The notes under the pieces: generated by a model
Told to the model about the DNA's origin: nothing
The model's input: only the letters and a program-made list of their open reading frames with translations
The model's database searches: none
NCBI GenBank assembly: GCA_965153455.1
Contig: OZ234493.1
Span: 13,940,213 to 14,004,212, forward strand
Direction: 5' to 3'
Source of the DNA: Sphagnum compactum
Taxonomy: Eukaryota
DNA: 64,000 nucleotides
Shown here: one piece after another, positions 1 through 9,934 of the stretch
Layout: every line of letters begins with the position of its first letter
Position numbering within the stretch: the first letter of the stretch is position 1
Translations under genes and position numbers: made by a program

Positions 1-2254
1 TAAAAATTCAAAGTGTTTACCATGCTTGATCTTTCAGCATGGTAATCTTGTGACCTAAAGACAAAGTATCCCAATATAGATCTAATATCCAAATCACCTT
101 CAAAAGGCCCAATCACACATCAAAAGGAATTATATAAATCCATGTCCAAACCTTAAAAGTTAATTCTAACTATGATATGAATGTTGCCTATTTCCCTTTT
201 ATGTCAATTCAATGGCACTTTTAAGCAACAATGTAGATGGACAACCCCCTTGCAAATGGTTGTAACAAGATATAGAAAAGACAATTAAATGTTTGATATG
301 CATTGCTCATCACAACTTGCAACCCACAATTGAACTACCCACAATTTTTGTTACTTAATGGGTGGCTAAATAAAGGTCTTGAACACAATGCCATAGATTC
401 TTAAAATTTACATTATTGTTTTGAGGTTGCCATATATACATAAGACAATAGAAATTATAAAAACATTTGAATAAATATGTTATAATGATATTATTAGTAT
501 TTTTTAAGCATCTATTATTATTCTATGTTGAAATGTTTAAAGTGCTAGTAAGAAGACATAAGGTGACAAAAACTTTCAAATGATTAATACCAAATGTTAT
601 CAAAGCAACTTCCAATGGTTAGTACAATTTAAAACCCCGTTTTCAAATTCAAATTTATGTCCACATCTCATTCAAATAGGTTAAGCATTTACCTTGAAAT
701 CTAATTTGTCGATACAAAAGATATGGGTAAAACCAATGGTTGAACTTTTGGCTCAATTCATTCTAAAGCACACAAGTTGTTGCATGGTTCAACAAAATAA
801 TTCAAATTTAAATATTTACAAGAATGTGAATTCGACTAAATCAAGAAATAATTGTTTGATATTTCATGTCCAAACTATAAATAGCTTGTGGGTATCCTTT
901 TTGAACAATTCAATGTGACAAATCAACAGTTCAAAATGCAAAATGTCTTGTTTGCTTGACAAAAATTACAAATTTTTATTTTCAATCTTTTTTGGTTAAA
1001 ATGTGAGCTAGTCAAGTGCATTGTGTGAGAACAATTTCAAAAACAATTTAATAAATGGCACTAAAGTTATGAATTCCCCTTTCCACAATGCACCCATTAG
1101 CTCTTGTATAATATGGTTCAACAATAAGGTGTCTAATAAAAATAAAATTGGTCATTTATGTTTAGCAACAAAAATAAAAATATTTAGTAACTCGACATTA
1201 GCCTAAATAATGAAGCTAGTGTGCTCGAAAGTTTCCAAAATTGGCAATTCCAAAAAGTTCATCCACAAGTCTTTTTAGTCATCAATAGTGTGGTCATTAG
1301 GGACAAGGGGCCGGTTAACACAAAAAATTTGTGGATCGTTAAACCTTGAGGTAAATAATAGATTGGGTTGCTTTTGTTATAGCAATTAAAAATTTTGCAC
1401 AAGCAAAAAGGGAATAAACATAATTTAATTGGCAACTTCATATCATTTTTCTTCTTTCCTCAATTTTATTGAGTCCTACACCAAGTTTGAATTAGAATCC
1501 ATGTGATGCAAATTCATTAAGGCAATTTCCACATGGAATTATCTAGTAAAACAACATATAAAAACATATTATGCAAAAAGCTTTCTATACTAGCTCAATT
1601 TTAAATATTTGCACGATTTCATAATTTGAGCTTTGCATTGCTACGCACTACTAGCGATGATCAATTATTTATTTTATTTTTCTTATGTTTTCATATGATT
1701 TTCAATAATTCATCATTATTTATGTCAATGACAAATTTTAATAAAAATAAATATACATTTCATGGATATGAAAAGACATATTTTAATTTGTTTTTTTTTT
1801 TAATATCCATGTTGGTGGATAGGGAAAAAGAGTGAGGTGGTTATATAATGGAGATAGTTATTACGAAAGAAATGTAGTTAGGGTTGAAAATGAGGTAGTT
1901 ATTTTCGACAAAAAACCCCATATAACAGTTTTGATTATTTATCACTGAAATTAATATGTAAATGTTATATTAATCACATTGTTCACCAAAAGGGGGGAAA
2001 AATAAATAAATAAATAAAATGTATCCAAATTTTAAACATTTAAATGCACAAGGTTCAACTTTGTGATATCATGATTTGTTGGATTTTGAATGGTTCTTAT
2101 TGTGTTCCCACAAAGTTCTCAATGTGTTCACATCATGTTCTCAATGTGTTCCCATCAAGTTTCAAAACCTGTTCCCATCGAGTTCCCATTCTGTTTCCGT
2201 AGAGGGGGGAAAAGAAAAAGGGGAGTAGTCTTTGGCGTCACACAACTCGGGAGC

Positions 2255-2327
2255 TTCCGTTGCCGGGACTCGAACCCGGGTCGCTCGGGTGAGAGCCGAG
2301 TATCCTAACCATCTAGACTACAACGGA
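2255..2327 (-). tRNA. trnE: tRNA-Glu (anticodon CUC), cytosolic
   Basis: Minus strand reads TCCGTTGTAGTCTAGATGGTTAGGATACTCGGCTCTCACCCGAGCGACCCGGGTTCGAGTCCCGGCAACGGAA. It has the acceptor stem TCCGTTG/CAACGGA, anticodon arm CTCGG-CT[CTC]AC-CCGAG and T-loop GGTTCGAGTCC. An oligo-T terminator lies about 35 nt downstream. Confidence 0.97.
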
Positions 2328-2802
2328 TGACAGGAAATGAGCTGAGAATAAACTACTTGCTTCTTTTACTAGTCATTTTGTCAGGGTTTAGGGTTTACGC
2401 CAGGCTGCAACTGAGATGGAGCTACTACTGCAATAGTGACTCTTTTAGAGGAGAAAATGAACTTTGCAAGCTCTGGTTTTGCATGTCATGATCCATGTGA
2501 CATCCAAATCATGAGCCTTTCTTTACCACAGCAGAGGCACACTAAACATGATGGTCACAATTTATCGTATTCAGATTCTTTTAATATTATATTGATTATA
2601 TAAACATGTTTACACAACTTGACATCAAAAGGATTCGTTCACTAGCATTTGCTGTATTGCTTTGAAAACTGCTGAGAAAGCCTCTCCATCATAAGGTAAT
2701 TGGATATTTAGCAACATAAATTAAGAGTTAAGCTGAAGTTTCAAAATGCAAAATTTGTAGAGTTGGTTGGGTGCAAACATGGGTTCCACGAACTGCATTC
2801 TT

Positions 2803-3235
2803 CTCTGTTTCATCCATGCTGGGCAACAAACCAAGCCAATTGGCTCAGATTTGGAGGATGTCCTTTGCTATTGTCTAAGGTTCCTCAATCATGTACTCAA
2901 TGGACCGAGATTTTGTCCATGGGGTCAGAATGCTCATCTTATGCTGGAGGAAAGAAGCAATAATATTCCCTTTTTTCTTCCAAGTGAGTTCCATGAGCAA
3001 ATCCCCTAGTGCTAAAACTAGCTCTGTTTCATCCATGCTCTGCTACAATCCAAGCCAATTGGCTCTGATTAGGAGGACCTTCCCTGTCTAAGGTTCCACA
3101 ATCATGTACTCAATGGACTGCCATTTCGCCCATGGGGTCACACAGAATCCTCATCTTGTGCTGAAGGAAAGAAGCAGCAACATTCCCTTTTTTCTTCCAA
3201 GTGAATTCCATGAGCAAATCCCTCGGTGCTAGACT
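2803..3235. repeat. Diverged tandem duplication, 2 x ~215 bp
   Basis: 2803-3018 and 3023-3235 align by eye (ctctgtttcatccatgct...ccaagccaattggctc...aatcatgtactcaatggac...ttccatgagcaaatccc). Confidence 0.9.
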
Positions 3236-3501
3236 TCCTTCTTTCTGCCTGAAGTAGACGATACTCAGGGTGGGGTGATCCAGAGCCTTGTAAGAGGTCT
3301 TGCTGTCAGCGTCAGAAGAGAACCCTGTTTCAGGTCCATCTGAAAACCCTAATCCATTCCTCTTGCTTCTGGAGATTTAGTGTAGGAAATGTATGGGGCT
3401 AAGAAGGCAGGAGGTTTATCAGCTCAACCATCAATCCCATGAACTCAGGGCAGTCGCAGCATGAAATGCTCAACGCAGACACCTCATGTTGATAACTGAG
3501 A

Positions 3502-3790
3502 TCTCATCAGCCATAATACCAGTTAGATTCCCCGCTTCACAATCTCTGAAGGTTGACAACAAGTACCTTCCAAGAGGGTCAAAAAAACGTGGCCTTGGCC
3601 AAGCTGCTTAAACCCTAAACCCCTCCCTGTTGTTCCTGACTCAGTTCTCATTCAGCCAAAATACCAGTTAAATTTCCCACTTCACAGACTCAGGAGCTTG
3701 AAAACAAAGCACTTTCCAAGAGTGTCAAAAAACATGGGCTTGGCCAAGCTGCATGAACCCTAAACCTTCCCTGTTGTTCCTAACCCAGTC
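3502..3790. repeat. Diverged tandem duplication, 2 x ~144 bp
   Basis: 3502-3645 and 3646-3790 align (tctca..cagcca.aataccagtta...ttccaagag.gtcaaaaaa...ttggccaagctgc...aaccctaaacc..ccctgttgttcct). It abuts the stop codon of the domain-X gene. Confidence 0.9.
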
Positions 3791-3806
3791 ATCATCATTC
3801 TGCTTG

Positions 3807-4796
3807 CTATCTCCACTCTCGCTTGCTCCTCTCAAAAGCTTGCTGCAGAATAGAAACTTCACAGTAACGTCGGTCTCTAGTGTTGAACTTCCCTGTGGTT
3901 TTCAAAGAAGTAGGATAGTACAGAGATGTGACCTCTTTGCCGTGTTCAGAGATCCGCAGATAGGGTCCGAATCTTTTGAAAGCAGCCGCCGCTGATCGCA
4001 TGCTATGCTTCCTTGCCAATGTGAGAGCACAAGACTTTCTGTAGATGGAGGTCACCTTCCACAGCGACGAGCGCTTGTTCACAAATGCGTAGTAGTCCAC
4101 GATGCTGCGTATGATGCACGAGAAGTGATTCACAATGACTCTGTCCTCTGCTGCAGAATACTTCGGCTGCGAAGTCGCTCGAGCCAACCCAATTGCGTTC
4201 TTCTTCGCATATCCTCTTTCCACAGCTTCCGCGATCAGATCCCTAACGGGTGCCAGTAGTCGCGGCTTCGACATGGAATACAGTCTGCTCTTTCTGCTGC
4301 TGTTGCCAACTCTTTTGTTGCGCCTCACTTCCACTTCGCCATCGCCGTCGTCTTCGTCTTCTTCAAAACCCTCCTCCTCATCTTCTTCCTCTTCATCTTC
4401 ACTAAGGTGGGTGTCAGCCTGAGCCTCCACAGGCGCAACTAAATTTCTTCTTCCTCGAGACAATCGAAGCTCCCTGGAGTCCATGAGCTGTGTTCTAGTA
4501 GAGAACATTCGTGTGCGAGTCAGCAATCTCTGGGAAAACTCTCCTCCCACTTCTTCTTCTGCGATCCATTTGGAGGCAGTAGCCAGGGGGAATGCTGCTC
4601 TTCTTCTAGTAGCGGCGGCTGCAGCATTCGACGACACCCTCCTCATCTCCTCCTGTGCCGTTGTCAAATGAAAACGACAACAAGAAGACCACATGAAATC
4701 CGAGCAAGCTTCCGACAACTGATTCTTCTTCTTCCTCACACACCTTCCTGCCGCAGTCTGCAGCAATCGACTACCAAAAGAGGACCAAGGATTCAT
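3807..4796 (-). CDS. Stand-alone group II intron maturase domain X protein (Intron_maturas2-like), no RT domain, putative organelle (mitochondrial) presequence
   Basis: Uninterrupted single-exon ORF. First ATG is at 4796 (329 aa), with an alternative ATG at 4646; the ORF-track start at 4931 is GTG. The C-terminal ~130 aa (4265-3882) PRLLAPVRDLIAEAVERGY...IVNHFSCIIRSIVDYYAFVNKRSSLWKVTSIYRKSCALTLARKHSMRSAAAAFKRFG matches the domain X pattern (L.AP...G[FY]; I..YY.F.N; S.ALTLA.K; K.[FY]G). The N-terminus is R/S/A-rich with an R-3-like RMF|ST site, followed by an acidic tract. Confidence 0.85.
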   Translation of the reverse strand: MNPWSSFGSRLLQTAAGRCVRKKKNQLSEACSDFMWSSCCRFHLTTAQEEMRRVSSNAAAAATRRRAAFPLATASKWIAEEEVGGEFSQRLLTRTRMFSTRTQLMDSRELRLSRGRRNLVAPVEAQADTHLSEDEEEEDEEEGFEEDEDDGDGEVEVRRNKRVGNSSRKSRLYSMSKPRLLAPVRDLIAEAVERGYAKKNAIGLARATSQPKYSAAEDRVIVNHFSCIIRSIVDYYAFVNKRSSLWKVTSIYRKSCALTLARKHSMRSAAAAFKRFGPYLRISEHGKEVTSLYYPTSLKTTGKFNTRDRRYCEVSILQQAFERSKREWR

Positions 4797-5208
4797 GACA
4801 TCAGACAAAAGAAAATCCCGCACTTGCTTGCTGCCCCTCGTCGTGGTGCACGAGCAGCAGCGACAGCTCCTACGAGCCTGAGCTCTCCATTTTCTAGCGG
4901 ATGCGAGCAAGCTCTTGCAGCGCAGCAGCACCTCCTGTTAGGGTTTTGTGAGCGTTGCTGCTGTTGTCGCGCGCGTACTTTGCGCCTCTAGACTGACAAA
5001 ACCCTAACACTTTTGATCTCTGGTCGGGTTTCCACCCGTCTTCTCGCTCGCCCCAACTGAAGAGACATACATTCATTGTTGCTCACCTTCATTTGCGGAT
5101 TTACTGTTGTGGGTACTGAGCAGAATTTCTCGAGACTGAAGCTCGAATGTTGTGAGGATTGCTGAAGGAGAGGGAGAGACAGAGACAAAAAGAAGGAGAG
5201 AGACTGAG
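4797..5208. promoter_or_regulatory. Putative bidirectional promoter/5'UTR region with telo-boxes
   Basis: 412 bp separate the divergent ATGs at 4796(-) and 5209(+). The interval has TTAGGGTTTT at 4938-4947, AAAACCCTAA at 4998-5007, retained CpGs and a GA-rich tract before the GIF ATG. Confidence 0.6.
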
Positions 5209-7082
5209 ATGATGCAGCAGCAAATGGCAGCTTATGCTAGCACCACTATCAGCACCGAGCTAATACAGAAGGTACGCTCAAGCTCCCGGTGCAGACCCAA
5301 GGACCATCTTCTTCCATCATGTACTGCACTCTCTCTCTCTCTCTCTCTCTCTGAGTTGTTTCCAGTACTGTCCGATGAAGATTCAAAGCTGCTTTTGCCT
5401 TTCTCTTTGTATGTGTGGAGTTCATTCTGCACTTTACTGGAAACCGGGCTACACACACACACGCAGAGACAGAGACAGACAGATTCCTGCAGAGGAGATC
5501 ATCTCTGCCTTGTAGGAAAACCCTATTCAACAAACAATTTGCAATCTGTGTTCTTTGATAAAACAAGCTTGCTGTTGCCTAACTGTGCTTGCAAAACAAT
5601 GTAGTTGTCTTCTCTGGGGGCAGCAGGGGTTTATGAGTGGAGGGGTTTCTGTGTAACATTGCTAACTTTTTTGCCGAGAATCTCTGGGTGCAAGAGAATT
5701 CTGCAAGGGATGTTGACTGAAAAATCCTTCATCTCCACAATTGTTTATGATAACTCTCTTGCTGCTGAGAGAGCTCTGGAGCTTTGTTTTTCGTTTTTTT
5801 TTGTTTTTCTTTCCAGCCTTGCTTGATAATGGACTATCTGATAATGATGCTATCCTTCTATTCACAATTCTCAAGGCTACTCAGTTATGGTTGTGCAAAA
5901 AGATGTGAGAGATATCTATCACACAGCGATTGAGCTCTTGCACTGGAACTCTAAACCCTGGATGCAATATTAGAGATGTGTACCTGGGCTGCCCTGCTTG
6001 CCTAGTGTATCTGCTCGACCCCACTAATGTCATGACTGATTTGATGTGGAAGAGGGGCTGCGGATTGTGCAGTATTTGGATGAGAACAAGCAGCTTATTC
6101 TTGCTATTCTCGACAACCAAAACCTTGGAAAGCTCAATGAATGTGCAACGTAAGTGGAATGGTGTACCAGCTTTTTTTTTTCAAGTATCTACTATCTTTT
6201 CTTTTGACACAGAGCTGTCTCCTGGGATTTGTATGCGTCTGGAAATGAGGTAGTAATCTTATCAAGTGTTATGATCTGAGCTTATCCTGTGTTGGTGGGG
6301 CTGTGCAGTTACCAAGCCAAGCTGCAGCAGAATCTCATGTATCTGGCAGCCATAGCTGATGCGCAGCCACAAGCAGTCCAGAGTTCGCCTCAGGTACTTC
6401 TCTGTAAAAGGGAACACTGACTGACATTCATGACAGTAATCTGAATTTTTCTTCAAGTCCTCCATGTAAATTTGGAGTGCAAAAGAAGGGTGTATTGATT
6501 CATTCTTCCATTTAGACAAGCATTCTCAGCCAATATATGCAAGTGTTGACATGATGCATATGCCTCATGTGGATTCCAATATCTCAAATTCTGCCAAATT
6601 TGTAGTCAATTCACTTTTTCATTTCTCCCAAGTCATTAAGCTTGACTAACTGATGTTGAAAGTGAGCCACACAGGCTGCCCCAACACCATCAATGCAACA
6701 ACAATACCTGCAGCAGCAGCAACTCATGATGAGCCAAAGGACACCAATCCCACAATATCTGCAACAAAGCCAACAGGTCTCACCGCACATGTCACAGCAT
6801 TCCTATCATAGCCAACAAGGAATAGTGTCTGGTGGGGGTGCAGGAGGCCATTTGATGTCCAATGATGGAGCCACAGGGCCTGGTAATGGCACTCAGTCCA
6901 TGGGTGGATTACCAGAATATGGAAAATTGCCTGGATCTAGGGATGGGGGGAACCAGACAATGGGCATAATAGGAGGGGTTGCAGGGTCATCACCACTCAG
7001 CCATCCTGGAAAAGATGGAGGATCTGTGCAGGGTGGGGATGAATCAGAGGTCTCATATTTGAAGGGCTCTGAAGAGGATTGA
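5209..7082 (+). CDS. GIF: GRF-interacting factor (GIF/AN3/SYT family, SSXT domain), 4 exons, ~210 aa
   Basis: Exons 5209-5271, 6073-6149, 6309-6393 and 6675-7082 are all GT-AG and frame-consistent. Spliced protein: MMQQQMAAYASTTISTELIQK-YLDENKQLILAILDNQNLGKLNECATYQAKLQQNLMYLAAIADAQP (SSXT/SNH domain), then a Q/G-rich region ending SYLKGSEED. Confidence 0.95.
5329..5352 (+). repeat. (CT)n microsatellite in GIF intron 1
   Basis: Direct CT dinucleotide run; (AC)n and GACA/GAGA runs also occur at about 5451-5483. Confidence 0.9.
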
Positions 7083-9215
7083 CAGTGAGTTGTAAATTTT
7101 TATGATTGTGCAAATTGCCTGTTTGTTGCTTTTTTTCCTGCCATTTTCCATACGGCTTTGCTGCTGCAAACCCTGGTGATTCTAATTGGTGGCTGGAGTT
7201 TTGTGGGTCATCAAAGCATGTTGTTTTCAAGTTTCGGGTCAGCCTCAAAGTAGAGGTGCAAATGTGAACAACCCTCTTTCAGGCTAAAACTGAGATATCT
7301 GAGTCTGAAGGCCATATCTCCAATCCAGTTTCACTACCATTCAGTGCTGGAGCTTCAGTCCCTGGCTCCTAACCAAAGTTTGATGAGAAGCTTAGCCTTT
7401 GGTTGGAGGCATTTGTTACATATCTGCAGCTGCACTTAATGCTATTCTACCATTCTTGTGGTATGTACAACTCCTTTTCGATGAGTTTTTGTCTTGAGCT
7501 AGATCTGATGCAAAGTTTCTGCTCATGAAGTTTCTACATTTTTAAGTACATGCCAAATTCACAGTACTAGTTATACTATGACTCTCCTAAACTGCAAAGA
7601 TTAACAACACTAGCTGATAAGCATATTTAATCTCGCTAGAGGTACATGGTGACTCTTGAGTCACTCTCCTTAATAGTGTTTTTAAGGTGACTACAACATG
7701 AGGTTGGAAAATTTATTCATACACTTGGTACCTTCATCCATGGGTGTATTTTAAGCTTTGAATTTTCTATATTTAATCTAGCATTGAACACGGTGAAAGA
7801 TGATGCATATTTGTGTAGTGGATGACCATCGGCAGGCCCAAGTTTGCTAGCTTGCCAATTGTGAAACTAATGTGGACATGGCCTTTATTGTGCATGGAAA
7901 ACACGGAGAACATTGTTGCTCACACGCATGCATGCTCTCCACGAGTTGTTGAGAACCCTATCTTTATATCAACCCTATTTTGTAATGATGCATGTCAAGG
8001 AAGGATGTGGGTTTTTGGTTCATGGCAATAATGTACACTTGATAGAAATGAATAACCCTTCATTTCTTGCATGTTTCCAACCATGTGGGATGTGCTCAAA
8101 TTTCCTTACTTTATATCTAAAAATGATGATATAATGAACTTGGAAATCTTGATATCTACAACCAAGATATCAAATGCATTGCAAAAGTGATCCAACCTCT
8201 CCTTTTTTGCTTGGGAGAGAATACAATAATTGTATCTTGTCATTAGAGTTACCTGTGAAGTCACCCTGTCTTCGCCCTCTCTTTCACCCCTTATTTCCTC
8301 TTTCAAGTGGTATTTGCAAAGTAAGAATTTTTTTAAAAATCTCAGTATGAAATGTTGGAACTTAGCATGCACAAGGTTCCGGAGTAATTATAGTAGTTGT
8401 ACAGGTAGGAGCAATGGAAATGTATGTAGCAGCAGTGGAAGCGCTTAGGAATAGGAAAGAAAGGATGAAACTCAGTTTGTGTCTTAGTTATTTTGTTTTT
8501 GTAAAATTTTGGTCCCCAGTTATGTGTTTGATGCCCTATTATGCTGAAAATGGCTTTTCTCGCCCCTTAATTGTGCGACTTTATGGATAATTCTATTGAA
8601 GCAATTAAATTCGCAAAATTTGCACAACTTTTTTTGCCTTTGGGATATTGGTGGTATTGTGATATTTTGTGTGTCATTTTTATAATAAGCATTTGTGTTG
8701 GTGTCCAAGTGACATCAAGGCCAAAAGTAGTTCACACATTGTCAATTTTTGATTTTCTTTTGACTAATAACTTTAATTTTGAGGTGGATTGTTTGTAAAT
8801 AAGTTTGCTACCTTCAAGTTGATAGCCTAATGGCTAGTATTCATGACAAACCTTGCAAATGATTGTTATTCTAATTTTTCATGTTAAAATGTTACTCATC
8901 AACATAATAACCTATTTGACAATATAAGATGTTCACCAAGGGTTTTTTTGGTGAAATTTTGCATCCTAGTGACCAAAACACAACTAGTGATATTCATACA
9001 AAGAATTTTATTGGGATAAATGTCCCAAAGTTGCCATATTTCGAGGGTTTTTTCTTTATGAAATCACCAAATTTAGACAACAAGTTCCAACATGTTGGCA
9101 AAATATAGTAGGATTCCTAAAATTTTCTATTTAACCTATAACCAAATTTGGCCAAGTCCTCTTATGCAGATTGATTGCTAGCCAACCTACCTCACAAAAA
9201 AAACAGGTTGTGAAT

Positions 9216-9492
9216 CACTTCATCACAAACTTGCCCCCTACAAGATTTAGTGCTTTTATAACACTTTAATAATGTGTTCAAGATTAAGTGTTAATTAAGT
9301 GTTGATACAATCATTAATATGATGTTATGATTGCATTGTAACACATTTTGATAATCAAACATTATATTACAATGTCATAATAATATTATGTCAATAATTT
9401 TTAACATTTAACTAACACTTAATTTTGAACACATTGTTAAAATGTTGTAAAGGCATAAATACATGGAAGGGGCAAGTTTGTGATGCATAGTG
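9216..9492. mobile_element. Fold-back MITE with CACTA-like termini (~277 bp imperfect palindrome)
   Basis: CATCACAAACTTGCCCC (9221-9237) pairs with GGGGCAAGTTTGTGATG (9469-9485). Pairing continues inward (tgtgttcaagattaagtgtta / taacacttaattttgaacaca; cattgtaa / ttacaatg). The right end reads ...TAGTG. No clean TSD. Confidence 0.7.
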
Positions 9493-9541
9493 TAGTCAAT
9501 GGGTCATGCAAAGTTGTAAGGAACTAAATTTGAAGAAGAAA

Positions 9542-9734
9542 GCCCCTAGGGTGATGGCTCACTGGTATAGCCTTTTCTGGGACCCTGAGCATTAAAAAGT
9601 CTTGGGTTCAAACCCAGTGGCGTGCAAGTGAAATTCTTGTTGGCCCTTTGCCATTGGGCCTAACTTGGGGTCTTCGCCAACAACTTGTCAGTCAAGTCTG
9701 CTATTGTGTGCCAAAAAATTAAAAAAAATTAAAT
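9542..9734 (+). mobile_element. tRNA-derived SINE
   Basis: A-box TGGCTCACTGG (9555-9565), B-box GGTTCAAACCC (9605-9615) and an A-rich tail at about 9713-9734. Flanked by a 17-bp TSD: TAAATTTGAAGAAGAAA (9525-9541) and TAAATTTGAAATAGAAA (9735-9751), 15/17 identical. Confidence 0.8.
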
Positions 9735-9934
9735 TAAATTTGAAATAGAAATATTAAATAACCATTTCCCCCCTCCTTCTTTACAATGGTTATAAATTTT
9801 GCAACTTTGTAAATGAAACAACATTACCTTCAAAGGTGAAAATAGATTTGTTACTAATTAATAGAAAAAAATTCAATCCTTCAAATTTTTCATATATTAC
9901 AAAGACGGCAATGGTCAATTCTTTTAAATCCTCA

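Noticed and set aside
1-1600. Possible decayed coding sequence (similar cases at 7.7-8.3, 14.8-16.0 and 58.3-58.9 kb)
   Set aside because: AT-rich, CpG-depleted and stop-riddled in all frames; no assignable family by eye.
2384-2397. GGGTTTAGGGTTTA as an interstitial telomere
   Set aside because: Only two units. Such telo-box motifs are common near plant genes and recur through this window.
2860-2900. Possible C/D snoRNA boxes in the 215-bp duplicated unit (minus strand)
   Set aside because: The C box is imperfect, spacing is too short, and there is no terminal stem or recognisable rRNA guide.
4797-4931. N-terminal 45 aa of the 374-aa ORF-track protein
   Set aside because: It starts at GTG with an in-frame TAA two codons further upstream. 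Eukaryotic initiation is more plausible at ATG 4796 or 4646.
4005-4991. Plus-strand ORFs overlapping the domain-X gene
   Set aside because: Antisense shadows of a GC-rich coding region, with no recognisable motifs.
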